Shown: positions 36,692 to 46,456 of the stretch, in pieces | Numbering within the stretch: the stretch's first letter is position 1 | Layout: each line of letters opens with the position of its first letter | Origin: an uncultured Bacilli bacterium | Lineage (GTDB): Bacteria; Bacillota_I; Bacilli_A; RF39; UBA660 | Direction: 5' to 3' | Assembly (NCBI GenBank): GCA_944331935.1 | Contig: CALVIV010000003.1 | Coordinates: 1-58,968 of the forward strand | DNA: 58,968 nt | Program-made: the position numbers and the translations under genes | The notes under the pieces: generated by a model | The model's database searches: none | What the model was told of the DNA's origin: nothing | Seen by the model: the letters and a program-made list of their open reading frames with translations, nothing else

Positions 36692-38530
36692 ATGGTAGTT
36701 CAATCTATTTATCTAAATACAGATAATGTTTCAAAAGATGCTTGGCAAGAATTAATAGATTATATATGTAAATATAATGGTTATTTTAGAAAATTTAAAA
36801 TAGTTATAGAAATATTTAATAATAAATTAAAATATTATTTAGTTACTAAATATAGAGTTCCACCAACAATTAATTCCATAGATGACTTTTTAATAAAAGA
36901 AGAAGATGTAAATATAGAAATAGATTATATAAAAAATAAACCTATTATTTTAGATGTAGATAAAAATGTTGTTGAACTTTTTGATATTAGTAAATTAAAA
37001 CATAATAGGGAACTTAAATATATTATTATTAATGTCATTCCTTTTTTTAATAAGAGACTATTTAAGACTTATTTATTCTTTAAAAATAGTAATAACTATA
37101 TTAGAAGAAGATTTATGCTAGCAAGACCTACTTATTTACTTAGTATTGATTTTAGTAATAATAAAAGATTTTCTTATGAGAAGAAAAACAAGTATTTAAA
37201 CTTAGAAAAAATATTACCTCTTTTAACTAGTAATAATACTGGTGTTTTTAGTGTTGATGCTTTTCCATATCTAAATAGTGATTTATATCTTGATTATAAA
37301 GATTATGACTTTTTTAAACATTCCCTAATAGTTGGTAGTAGTGGAAGTGGTAAATCTAAATTAATTAGTCTTTTAATTAAGAATATAATGTTAAATAGTG
37401 ATGATTATAAAGTAGTAGTAATAGACCCTCATGCTTCAATAGAAAAAGATATTGGAGGATTAGATAAGACTAAAGTAATAGATTTCTTTAATGAAAGTTG
37501 TGATTTATTCTTATCTAGTAGTAGTGATATCGTTATTAAAAATGAACTGTTATTATCAGTGTTTAAAAACTTAATGAAAGATGGGTATAATTTAAAATTA
37601 GAAAGAGTCTTAAGATATACAATTAATCTATTACTTGTAAAAGAAGATTTCTCATTTCTAAATATTAGAAAAGTCTTATTAGATTTAGAATATCGTAATA
37701 ATCTAGTAAAAGAGTTAACTCCTAAACTAAATGATACAGTTGTTTCTTTCTTTTTAACAGAGTTTAATGACTTAAAAACTAATTATTATAATGAGAGTAT
37801 TTCTCCTATAATTAGTTTTATTGATGAGATGTTAGTATTTTCTACTTTTGAGAAGAAAAAAATAGGCATAAGTGATGTTATAAAAGATAATGACTTAACA
37901 ATATTTTCTTTAGATAGAAGTATTTTAGGTGATAATATAGTTAAGACTATATCTTCTTTAGTAATGGAAGAAATACTTGAATCTGCTATTGAAAATAGAA
38001 TAAATAAAAAACTAATTTTAGTTGTCGATGAAGTATCATTACTTGAAAATCCTATTATGGAGAGAATTTTATCAGAAGCAAGGAAATTTGATATCGCTCT
38101 TATTCTAACAGAACAGTATTTTGGACAGATTAGTAAGAAGTTACAAGATGCTATATTTGCAAATGTCATTAATTATTATGTTTTTAGAACTTCAAGAAGT
38201 GATGCAGTTATATTAAAAGATGTTTTGAATATTAAATTTGCAAGAAGTGTAATTGATGATGATAAGATTAATTTATTAACTGGTTTAAATAATAGAGAAG
38301 TGGTAGTAAGAATAAGTAAGAATGGTAAAATTCTTCCTGTCGTTAAAGCGAAAACAACTGATTTTGTGGCAATTCCATTAATTAGAGATAAGAGAAACAA
38401 AGAAAATATTGTTAAGAATATATCTACTAGTATTAAGACGAGCTTTTCTAATTTTACAACAAGAAGACTAAAAGATATTTTAATTACTTTATCTAATAGC
38501 AGAAAAAAAGGAAGTAATAAGTATGAGTAG
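36692..38530 (+). CDS. HerA/FtsK-superfamily (DUF87-like) P-loop ATPase with an unassigned N-terminal domain of about 200 aa
   Basis: Seen: Walker A VGSSGSGKSKL is followed by VVVIDPHAS. Walker B is LILVVDEVSLL, and ARKFDIALILTEQY is present. A GGGGAG RBS lies upstream. Confidence 0.65.
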   Translation: MVVQSIYLNTDNVSKDAWQELIDYICKYNGYFRKFKIVIEIFNNKLKYYLVTKYRVPPTINSIDDFLIKEEDVNIEIDYIKNKPIILDVDKNVVELFDISKLKHNRELKYIIINVIPFFNKRLFKTYLFFKNSNNYIRRRFMLARPTYLLSIDFSNNKRFSYEKKNKYLNLEKILPLLTSNNTGVFSVDAFPYLNSDLYLDYKDYDFFKHSLIVGSSGSGKSKLISLLIKNIMLNSDDYKVVVIDPHASIEKDIGGLDKTKVIDFFNESCDLFLSSSSDIVIKNELLLSVFKNLMKDGYNLKLERVLRYTINLLLVKEDFSFLNIRKVLLDLEYRNNLVKELTPKLNDTVVSFFLTEFNDLKTNYYNESISPIISFIDEMLVFSTFEKKKIGISDVIKDNDLTIFSLDRSILGDNIVKTISSLVMEEILESAIENRINKKLILVVDEVSLLENPIMERILSEARKFDIALILTEQYFGQISKKLQDAIFANVINYYVFRTSRSDAVILKDVLNIKFARSVIDDDKINLLTGLNNREVVVRISKNGKILPVVKAKTTDFVAIPLIRDKRNKENIVKNISTSIKTSFSNFTTRRLKDILITLSNSRKKGSNKYE

Positions 38531-39221
38531 GGAAGATACCTTAGTGATTATAAATAAGATATTTAAAGCTGTTTTTTTAGTTGATAATAAAGGTTCATTA
38601 GATGATATTTATAAAAAATATGCTTTTGATATTAAACTGCCACGAAAAGTATATGATAGTATAACTCATGAAGAGACATATACTGATTTTGATAATGCTA
38701 CTAAATTTATTACTAAAGATAATATGGAAAATTTAGATAGTAGTAAGGGCTTTATGATGGAAAAAAGAGATTTTAATTCATTAGAAGAATTAATTAATAC
38801 CTGGGAAGAGATTAATACTATTACTACAGAGCGTTGTTATAATTCTACATATGTTAGTAAAAGTGATACTATATATGATTCTAGTTATGTCTATAATTCT
38901 ACTAACTGTTCTAACTGTAAAAATATAGTATTTTGTGATGGATGTGGGAGAAGTGAATTCTTATTAGCTTCTCAACGTAGTGGAAATTGTACCTTTTCTA
39001 TTAGAATAGATGACTCTAATAATTGTAGTAACTCCTATAGTGTTATTTGTTCTAATAAAATAAGTAACTCTTTATTTATTCAAGACTGCTTTAACCTTGA
39101 TGAGTGTATGTTCTGCTCTCATATTGCTAATAAAAAGTATTGTATTTGTAATATGCAGTATGAAAAAGAGACATATTTTTCTCTTAAGAAGACAATTGTT
39201 GAATGGATTGTTAATTCTTAG
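38523..39221 (+). CDS. Cys/Ser/Asn-rich repeat protein (13 Cys within about 105 aa), unknown function
   Basis: Seen: it overlaps the ATPase stop by 8 nt. The C-terminal half carries recurring NCSNC / NCTFS / NNCSNS / DECMFC units. I recognise no family. Confidence 0.5.
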   Translation: MSREDTLVIINKIFKAVFLVDNKGSLDDIYKKYAFDIKLPRKVYDSITHEETYTDFDNATKFITKDNMENLDSSKGFMMEKRDFNSLEELINTWEEINTITTERCYNSTYVSKSDTIYDSSYVYNSTNCSNCKNIVFCDGCGRSEFLLASQRSGNCTFSIRIDDSNNCSNSYSVICSNKISNSLFIQDCFNLDECMFCSHIANKKYCICNMQYEKETYFSLKKTIVEWIVNS

Positions 39222-39364
39222 TATCATTTTAAAGTGTAATGCATAATATACTAAAGAAATTTATGAAAATAATGCTTGATATTTTTGTAAATTTGTGCTA
39301 AAATTTTAGTCGTATTATGGTTAGGGAGACCTAGCCTATTATTATAAATTTTGAGGTGATTACA

Positions 39365-39838
39365 ATGGGAAACAAAAAAACAGTTTATTTAACAGAAGAA
39401 GGACTTAATGATTTAAAAAATGAATTAAGTGAATTAATAAATGAAAAAAGACCTGCTAATATACAGGCCATTAAGGAAGCACGTAGTTTAGGCGATTTAT
39501 CTGAAAATGCTGACTACGATGCTGCTAAAAATGAACAAGCACAAATTGAAGGTAGAATTAAAACTATAGAGAAGATGCTTGAAAATGTAGAAATAATTAA
39601 AGATATTCCTAAAGATGTAGTAGGACTTGGTAGTACAGTTTCTATTAAGTATGTAGATGATGAAGATGATACTGATGAATACCAAATAGTAGGTAGTCAA
39701 GAAGCTGATCCTTTCGAAGGAAGAATCTCTAATGAAAGTCCTATCGCTAAAGCTCTACTTAATCATAAAGTAGGAGATGTTATTACTGTAGAAAGTCCTA
39801 ATGGAAGTTATGAAGTTGAAATAACTGCAATAAAATAG
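39365..39838 (+). CDS. greA: transcription elongation factor GreA
   Basis: Seen: LTEEGLNDLKNEL...AREEGDLSENADYDAAK-type motifs (IKEARSLGDLSENADYDAAKNEQ) are present. I prefer the ATG at 39365, after a GAGGTGA RBS. Confidence 0.9.
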   Translation: MGNKKTVYLTEEGLNDLKNELSELINEKRPANIQAIKEARSLGDLSENADYDAAKNEQAQIEGRIKTIEKMLENVEIIKDIPKDVVGLGSTVSIKYVDDEDDTDEYQIVGSQEADPFEGRISNESPIAKALLNHKVGDVITVESPNGSYEVEITAIK

Positions 39839-39872
39839 TCCATAGGGCTTTTTTTAAGATAAGGCATTGACC

Positions 39873-40043
39873 TTATCTTCTATAAAATGGTGGATACATA
39901 GGATATACTGGATAGAATGGGTATATTGGATAATAAAAGTTAGGTCTATTATAACTACCTAGCCCATATCCTATAACACCCCCAACAATTAAAGGAATAA
40001 AACCATTTCTATTATTATTTTGGTAAATTGGTCTATTGTACAT
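39873..40043 (-). CDS. 56-aa Tyr/Pro/Asn-rich small protein (not in the ORF track)
   Basis: Seen: a strong AAGGAGG RBS lies 7 nt upstream of the ATG. My translation is MYNRPIYQNNNRNGFIPLIVGGVIGYGLGSYNRPNFYYPIYPFYPVYPMYPPFYRR. Confidence 0.45.
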   Translation of the reverse strand: MYNRPIYQNNNRNGFIPLIVGGVIGYGLGSYNRPNFYYPIYPFYPVYPMYPPFYRR

Positions 40044-40166
40044 AATTAATCCTCCTTTATTTGTAGTTTATGTCTAATAGTCAAATAGTAAAGTTTTTCT
40101 GCCTAAAAATTGTAAACTATTATTTGCAAAAGGTTAAGTTTGTGTTACAATTAATTTAAGTTAGAG

Positions 40167-40685
40167 GTGATGATAGTGAAAAGTAAAAAGAAACAAAAAC
40201 AAAATTATGTAATTTTAGTAGTTATATATATCGTAGTAATAATCCTAGTTTTATATTTAGCCAGTTTATATAATACATATAAGAATTATCAAAAGGAAAT
40301 ACCTGTCTTACAAAATGTTATTTCCGAAATTAATCCAAATGAGGTTGAACATTATTTAACAGAAAATCCTTCTCCAATATTATATTTGTGTGCTGCAAGT
40401 GATAGTGAATGTAGAGAATTTGAGGAAACAATAAAGTCACCTTTAGAGAAGAATAACTATGAGGATTTAGTATATGTTAATTTAGAAGATGTAGATGATA
40501 AGACTTCTTTTATACAAAATTTATTAGATAAATATGGCTCAGATTTTAGTATTGGAAGAGTACCATGTTTGATTAAGTTTACAGAAGGAAAGATTACAGC
40601 GGTTGAAGATGGGCTTAATGGAGCATTATTAACTAGAGATGAAGCTTTAAACTTTCTTGATATTAATGATAAAGCAGGACAATAA
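40167..40685 (+). CDS. membrane-anchored protein, possibly thioredoxin-fold-like
   Basis: Seen: an N-terminal TM segment is followed by a soluble domain of about 130 aa with no canonical CxxC. The fold call is weak. Confidence 0.35.
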   Translation: MMIVKSKKKQKQNYVILVVIYIVVIILVLYLASLYNTYKNYQKEIPVLQNVISEINPNEVEHYLTENPSPILYLCAASDSECREFEETIKSPLEKNNYEDLVYVNLEDVDDKTSFIQNLLDKYGSDFSIGRVPCLIKFTEGKITAVEDGLNGALLTRDEALNFLDINDKAGQ

Positions 40686-40712
40686 GTCTTGTTTTAGTTT
40701 GGAGGTGTTATT

Positions 40713-41234
40713 ATGAATCATATAGTTTTGTTTGAACCTGAAATACCACAAAATACTGGTAATATCATGAGAACTTGTGTAGGGACTAATACAAAATTAC
40801 ATTTAATTAAACCATTAGGATTTTCTTTAGATGATAAGCATCTTAAAAGAAGTGCAGTTAACTATATAGAAAAACTAGATTATGAAGTCTATGAGAATTG
40901 GGATGATTTTACATCTAAAAATAAAGGCATATATTATTATCTAACAAGATATGGAAGAAAGCCCCATACTAGTTTTGATTATAGTAATAAAGAAAATTTA
41001 GATTTATATTTTATCTTTGGTAAAGAATCTACTGGTATTCCTAAAGAAATATTAAAAGATGACTTATCACATTGTCTTAGGATACCAATGACATCTAATA
41101 TTAGAGCTTTAAATGTTTCTAATAGTGTGGCTATAGTTATATATGAAGCCTTAAGACAACAGAATTTTAATGATTTACTTAAGGAAGAGCCAGAAGGTGG
41201 TCCTTTTAAAGGGGCAGATTATTTAGAAAGATAA
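40713..41234 (+). CDS. trmL: tRNA (cytidine/uridine-34 2'-O)-methyltransferase, SpoU/TrmL family
   Basis: Seen: IVLFEPEIPQNTGNIMRTC, FGKESTGIP and LNVSNSVAIVIYEALRQ are present. Confidence 0.85.
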   Translation: MNHIVLFEPEIPQNTGNIMRTCVGTNTKLHLIKPLGFSLDDKHLKRSAVNYIEKLDYEVYENWDDFTSKNKGIYYYLTRYGRKPHTSFDYSNKENLDLYFIFGKESTGIPKEILKDDLSHCLRIPMTSNIRALNVSNSVAIVIYEALRQQNFNDLLKEEPEGGPFKGADYLER

Positions 41235-41322
41235 TATATATTAATTGCTCATACAAAAAAATGTTTGACAAACTGGGAAAAATATGATAATATATCAGCA
41301 CGCAGTAAGAAAGGAGCAATTA

Positions 41323-41592
41323 ATGAATAGATATCAAATAAGAGAAAAGTCATATACTGAAGCTTTAGCATCATCACGTGTTGGAGGCAATTTAGCTAAT
41401 AGTATAATTAGAACAATGCCTAATATGACATCTCAATTTGCAACTATTGTAAATGATACTGAAGTTACAAAATCAGGAAATAATAATTTTGATTTAGCAT
41501 ATTTTCAAATGCTTGCTAGTCAAAAAGCATCTAGAAATTTAGATTATATGAGAGAACAAGTTAATATGCATTATGGTAATAAAAAAAGATAA
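41323..41592 (+). CDS. hypothetical protein
   Basis: Seen: I prefer the ATG at 41323, after an AAAGGAG RBS. I recognise no motif. Confidence 0.4.
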   Translation: MNRYQIREKSYTEALASSRVGGNLANSIIRTMPNMTSQFATIVNDTEVTKSGNNNFDLAYFQMLASQKASRNLDYMREQVNMHYGNKKR

Positions 41593-41616
41593 TCGTTTGT
41601 GACGACTATCTTTTTT
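41585..41616. terminator. bidirectional terminator between convergent genes
   Basis: Seen: the stem AAAGATAATCG/CGACTATCTTT has one mismatch and is flanked by A and T runs. Confidence 0.55.
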
Positions 41617-41619
41617 ATA

Positions 41620-41802
41620 TTAAGCAGCTTGTTTATCTTGTTTTCTTAAACTTCTTATTTCTCTTGCACTCATTCTAATTTTAGTTCCATCTTCAAGTCT
41701 TATTACTTGTAAATTTGGTTTTTGTTGTCTTTTAGTAGCATTTAAAGCATGTGATCTACTATTTCCAGTTAAAGGCTTTTTGCTAGTAACTTTCTTTGCC
41801 AT
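41620..41802 (-). CDS. rpmB: 50S ribosomal protein L28
   Basis: Seen: MAKKVTSKKPLTGNSRSHALNATKRQQKPNLQ. Confidence 0.95.
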   Translation of the reverse strand: MAKKVTSKKPLTGNSRSHALNATKRQQKPNLQVIRLEDGTKIRMSAREIRSLRKQDKQAA

Positions 41803-41886
41803 AATAATTCCTCCTTTACTAAACGTTTCTGCTTTATAACTTTACCATATTTATGGTATAAAGTCAAATAAAATCGCATAAAAATA

Positions 41887-41916
41887 TTGACTCTACATAC
41901 ATCTGTATGATATAAA
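41887..41916 (+). promoter_or_regulatory. sigma-A-type promoter (TTGACT, 18-nt spacer, TGaTATAAA)
   Basis: Seen: the motifs are correctly spaced about 20 nt upstream of the dnaE RBS. Confidence 0.5.
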
Positions 41917-41938
41917 AGAAGAAAGGAGAGTGATTGTT

Positions 41939-44899
41939 ATGTTCAATATGCTTTATGTTAAGAGTAATTACTCTCTTTTATCTAGTCTTTTAACAATAGA
42001 TGATATTATAGATTACAACATTAAAAATAATAGAACTAGTGCTGTTATTTGTGATGATAATATGTATGGAACAATGGAGTTTATTAAGAAGTGTAATCTT
42101 AAGAAAATAAAACCTGTTGTTGGTTTAGAAGTTTCTATTAATAATTATAAAATCTTACTATATATAAAAAATTATCAAGGTTACCTTAATCTAATTAAAA
42201 TATGTACAAGAGTAAATGATAATAGTATAACTTTAGAAGATATTATTAACTATAAAGATAATCTTTTCTTTTTAGTTCCTTATTCTAGTTTAGACTTTTA
42301 CTTAGAATATAGAGATAAAATTAAGGATATTTATCTTGGCTTTAGTAATAAGAAAGAAGAAAGTGAGGCTTTAATTATTACTAAAGATATAGTTTATTTA
42401 AAGCCTTGTTTATATAAGAGTAGGGAATATAGTAATTATTTAAAATATTTATATTTAATTCGTGATGGTAAGACTATAAATGATAATATTAGTTATGATA
42501 TTTTAAATAAAGAGTTAGAAGTTACTGATGTTATTAATACTTATGATAATATAGGACTTCTTAATACTTTGAAGATAGTAGATGAATGTAATTTAGAGTT
42601 TCCTAAGCCTAGTTTATTACTACCTATATATGAATGCCCTAAGGGAGTAGATTCATCTATCTATTTAATTTCCCTTGCTAGGGCAGGACTTACTAAAAGA
42701 CTTAATAATAATGTTTCTAAGGAGTATCTTGATAGATTAAGTTATGAACTTAATATCATTAAAATACTTGGCTTTTCTAACTATTTTCTTGTTGTTTATG
42801 ACTTTATTAGATATGCTAAAAAGAAAGGAATATTAGTAGGGCCTGGTAGAGGTAGTGCAGCAGGAAGTTTAGTAGCATACTCTCTTGGTATTACAGAAAT
42901 AGACCCTTTAAAATATAATTTACTATTTGAAAGATTTTTAAATCCTGAACGTAAGACTATGCCTGATATAGATACAGATATACCTGATATATATAGAGAT
43001 GATATTATTAATTATGTTACTGAAAAATATGGTAAAAAAAGAGTATCTGGTATCGTTACTTTCGGTACTCTTGCTGCTAAACAAGTATTAAGAGATACTT
43101 CTCGTATTTTTAATGTGCCTTTATATAAAGTAGATAGACTAACATCTTTTATTCCTGTTATGTCGCATAGAAAATTAATTGATTTTTATAAAGAAAATGA
43201 AAAGTTTAGAGAATATATAAATAGTGATGAAGTATTATCTAAAGTTTATAAAGTATCATCTATTATTGAAGGTTTCCCAAGACAGATTGGGACTCATGCA
43301 GCGGGTATTGTTATGTGTAAGAAAGACTTAGATGAAGTTATTCCTTTAACTAAAAGTGATGATATGTACTTAACGGGATACTCTATGAATTATTTAGAAG
43401 AGTTAGGTCTATTAAAGATGGACTTTCTTGGAATTAGGAACTTAACTATTATTATGAACGTTATAGATATGGTTTTAAAAAATAGAGGAGTTGAGATTGA
43501 CTTTAATACTATTCCTTTAGATGATAGCGAAGTTTATAATCTTTTTGCAAGAAGTGATACAAGTGGTATCTTTCAGTTTGAATCTAATGGAATGAGGAGT
43601 TTCTTAAGAAAGCTTAAACCAAGTAGTTTTGATGATTTAATTGCGGCGATTGCCTTATTTAGACCTGGGCCTGCTGAGAATATTGATTTATATATTGCAA
43701 GACGTGAAGGAAGAGAGAAAGTTATTTATCAAGATAAAGTATTAGAGCCTATCTTAAAAGAGACTTATGGTATTATGATATATCAAGAGCAGATAATGCA
43801 GGTAGCTCATGCTTATGCAGGTTATTCTTTAGGAGAAGCCGATATTTTAAGAAGGGCGATTAGTAAGAAAAAGGTAGATGTTTTAAAGAACGAAGAGAGT
43901 AAGTTCATAAGTAAAGCGAAAGCCTTAGGACATGATGATGCTACTTCTAAGACAATATTTTCAAGTATCCTTAAGTTTGCAGGTTATGGTTTTAATAAAT
44001 CTCATGCTGTCGCTTATTCGCTTGTCGCTTATAAAATGGCTTATTTAAAAGTACATTATAAGTTAGAGTTCTATGCTAATTTGCTTAATAATGTCATTGG
44101 AGCGACAGGAAAGATGCAAGAATATATAAGAGAAGTTAGAAGTCATAATCTAAAAGTCTTAAAACCTGATATTAATAAAAGTACTAATAGATTTGTTATA
44201 GATAATAATAACATTATCTTTCCTTTTTCTACTATTAAAGGAGTAGGGACAAGTGTTTCTAGTTTAGTGTTAAAGGCAAGAGATAAAGAGTTTACTGATA
44301 TATATGATGCTTTCTCTAAGTTAGTTAGAGGGGGAGTTACCAAAAAACAATTAGAGTCTTTAATAAATGCAGATGCCTTTAGGAATTTAGGATATAATAA
44401 AAAGACACTTATTACTAATTTAGATAGTCTTGTTAATTATGGTAGTTTAACTATAGATTTAGATGAGAGTTTAGTCTTGAAACCAGAGATTATTATTACT
44501 AATGAATTCCCAAGTAGTGTTTTATTAGAACAAGAGATAGAGTGTTTTGGTTTTTATATCAGTAATCATCCAGTAACTGCTTATAAAAGTAAGTATCAAA
44601 ATATTATTAGTATTAATAATTTAAGTAATTACTTTAATAGAATAGTTAGTGCAATGGTAATGGTAGAGAAAGTTAAAGCGATTAAGACTAAGAAAAATGA
44701 AGATATGGCTTTCATAACTGCTAGTGATGAGACAGGTTCTATTGATTTTATCTTCTTCCCTAGAGTATATAAAAATAATATGGATATTAAAAAAGGAGAT
44801 ATTTGTATATTTACAGGAACAGTAGAGAAAAGGTATGATGAGTTACAGTTAGTCGTTAGTAAAGTAGAGTATGTAAGGAGAGAAAATGAAGAAGAGTAA
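41939..44899 (+). CDS. dnaE: DNA polymerase III alpha subunit (DnaE type)
   Basis: Seen: the PHP N-terminus (KSNYSLLSS), GPGRGSAAGSLVAYSLGIT, PDIDTD and FNKSHAVAY are present, with a C-terminal OB domain. I prefer the ATG at 41939. Confidence 0.9.
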   Translation: MFNMLYVKSNYSLLSSLLTIDDIIDYNIKNNRTSAVICDDNMYGTMEFIKKCNLKKIKPVVGLEVSINNYKILLYIKNYQGYLNLIKICTRVNDNSITLEDIINYKDNLFFLVPYSSLDFYLEYRDKIKDIYLGFSNKKEESEALIITKDIVYLKPCLYKSREYSNYLKYLYLIRDGKTINDNISYDILNKELEVTDVINTYDNIGLLNTLKIVDECNLEFPKPSLLLPIYECPKGVDSSIYLISLARAGLTKRLNNNVSKEYLDRLSYELNIIKILGFSNYFLVVYDFIRYAKKKGILVGPGRGSAAGSLVAYSLGITEIDPLKYNLLFERFLNPERKTMPDIDTDIPDIYRDDIINYVTEKYGKKRVSGIVTFGTLAAKQVLRDTSRIFNVPLYKVDRLTSFIPVMSHRKLIDFYKENEKFREYINSDEVLSKVYKVSSIIEGFPRQIGTHAAGIVMCKKDLDEVIPLTKSDDMYLTGYSMNYLEELGLLKMDFLGIRNLTIIMNVIDMVLKNRGVEIDFNTIPLDDSEVYNLFARSDTSGIFQFESNGMRSFLRKLKPSSFDDLIAAIALFRPGPAENIDLYIARREGREKVIYQDKVLEPILKETYGIMIYQEQIMQVAHAYAGYSLGEADILRRAISKKKVDVLKNEESKFISKAKALGHDDATSKTIFSSILKFAGYGFNKSHAVAYSLVAYKMAYLKVHYKLEFYANLLNNVIGATGKMQEYIREVRSHNLKVLKPDINKSTNRFVIDNNNIIFPFSTIKGVGTSVSSLVLKARDKEFTDIYDAFSKLVRGGVTKKQLESLINADAFRNLGYNKKTLITNLDSLVNYGSLTIDLDESLVLKPEIIITNEFPSSVLLEQEIECFGFYISNHPVTAYKSKYQNIISINNLSNYFNRIVSAMVMVEKVKAIKTKKNEDMAFITASDETGSIDFIFFPRVYKNNMDIKKGDICIFTGTVEKRYDELQLVVSKVEYVRRENEEE

Positions 44900-45365
44900 T
44901 ATTATTTTATCGAGTTTATTAGTTATAGTTTTATTAGGGATAGATTTAGGCTTAAAATATATAGTTAGTAGTTATTTAACAACTGTTAATATTATAGATA
45001 ACTTCTTTTCTCTAACTTATGTCTTAAATGATGGGGCAGCATTTTCTCTATTTGCAAGTAGAATTTATCTATTAATACTTATCGCTATAATTTGTTTGTT
45101 CTTTATAATATATGAATTAAAAAATAATCTAGATGATAGAGTCCTTTCTATTGGTTACTCTTTAGTCTTAGCAGGATTATTAGGTAATTTTATAGATAGA
45201 TTAATAGATGGTTATATAGTAGATTATTTATCATTTAAAATACTAGGATATAACTATCCTATCTTTAACTTTGCCGATATCCTAATAGTGGTTGGAATAA
45301 TTATCGTAATAATAAAAGAAATATTAAAAGAAAGAGGTAAAAAAGATGAAGTTAGAAGTAAGTAG
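44886..45365 (+). CDS. lspA: lipoprotein signal peptidase II
   Basis: Seen: there are four TM segments, with NDGAAFS and FNFADI motifs. Confidence 0.85.
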   Translation: MKKSNIILSSLLVIVLLGIDLGLKYIVSSYLTTVNIIDNFFSLTYVLNDGAAFSLFASRIYLLILIAIICLFFIIYELKNNLDDRVLSIGYSLVLAGLLGNFIDRLIDGYIVDYLSFKILGYNYPIFNFADILIVVGIIIVIIKEILKERGKKDEVRSK

Positions 45366-46251
45366 TGAAGGAAATAGACTTGATAGTTATATTGCAAGTA
45401 ACAGTGATTTATCTAGGAGTAGAGTATCTAAGTTAATTAGTGATAATAAAGTACTTGTTAATGGTAAAGAGAAAAATGCTAGTTATAAAGTAAAAATAGG
45501 AGATATTATTGAAGTTAGTGTTGATGAAGATATAAATCTAGACGACTTACAGCCTACTAATATTCCTCTTGATATTGTTTATGAAGATGAGTACTTACTA
45601 ATCATTAATAAACAAAGTGGACTTGTAGTTCATCCTGCTCCAGGGCATGTTACAGATACTTTAGTTAATGCTTTATTATATCACTCTAAAGTAAGTAAAG
45701 ATGGCACCTTTAGACCAGGTATTGTTCATAGACTTGATAAAGATACAAGTGGTTTAATGGTAGTGGCAAAAGATGCTAAAACAATGGAATTACTTAGTGA
45801 GATGATTAAAAATAAAAAAATAGAAAGACATTATCTTGCAATAGTAGATGGAGTTATCTTACATGAGACTGGTACTATAGATGCTCCTATTGGAAGAGAT
45901 GAGAATAATAGACAAAAGATGGCCGTGACTGCTCATAATAGTAAAGAGGCGATAACTAACTTTAGAGTGTTAAAAAGATTTAAAAATAATACCTTAATAG
46001 AATGTATCTTAGAGACAGGTAGAACTCATCAGATAAGAGTACATCTTAATTACATTAAACATCCAGTTAGTAATGACCCTTTATATGGTAATCATAAAAA
46101 TACTACAGAGTTTGGACAAATGTTACACTCTAAGAGTATTAGATTTATCCATCCTATTACAGGCAAAGAGTTATATTTTGAACAAGAGCCTCCTAAAGAA
46201 TTTTTAAATTATTTGAAGAGTTTGGATAATGAAGAAAAAACTTTTGACTAA
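45346..46251 (+). CDS. rluD: RluA-family 23S rRNA pseudouridine synthase (RluD-like)
   Basis: Seen: an S4 domain at the N-terminus, HRLDKDTSGLMV and GRTHQIRVH are present. The lspA-rluD synteny matches Bacillus. Confidence 0.8.
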   Translation: MKLEVSSEGNRLDSYIASNSDLSRSRVSKLISDNKVLVNGKEKNASYKVKIGDIIEVSVDEDINLDDLQPTNIPLDIVYEDEYLLIINKQSGLVVHPAPGHVTDTLVNALLYHSKVSKDGTFRPGIVHRLDKDTSGLMVVAKDAKTMELLSEMIKNKKIERHYLAIVDGVILHETGTIDAPIGRDENNRQKMAVTAHNSKEAITNFRVLKRFKNNTLIECILETGRTHQIRVHLNYIKHPVSNDPLYGNHKNTTEFGQMLHSKSIRFIHPITGKELYFEQEPPKEFLNYLKSLDNEEKTFD

Positions 46252-46330
46252 TATATAATATTTAGTGTAGTATATAAGTATTGAGCAGAAATGCTTTATA
46301 CTAATGTCAGGTGTCGTTAGACATTTTACA

Positions 46331-46359
46331 AGGTTAGTCAAAGAGTGCTAGCCTTTTTA
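46331..46359 (+). terminator. rho-independent terminator (third of three consecutive hairpins after rluD)
   Basis: Seen: the stem AGGTTAG/CTAGCCT has one G-U pair and is followed by T5. Confidence 0.5.
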
Positions 46360-46456
46360 TATTTAATAGATTAATATTAAATTATAATTAAAGTAATAAT
46401 ACTAAAGTTAAGAATAAAATATTGTAAATTATTAAAATATTTGGAGTGTGAAAAAA

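Noticed and set aside
37786-38400. Two minus-strand ORFs (127 and 74 aa) inside the HerA-like ATPase gene.
   Set aside because: They are antisense shadows of a gene with clear Walker motifs. The peptides are Ser/Ile/Leu-rich and low-complexity, with no RBS.
46262-46330. Two hairpins after rluD, considered as a riboswitch or PyrR-type attenuator because Bacillus has pyrR after rluD.
   Set aside because: I could not find the PyrR-binding loop consensus or any riboswitch core. The downstream gene is a deaminase-like gene with its own RBS far away. This is most simply 3'-UTR structure ahead of the terminator at 46331..46359.
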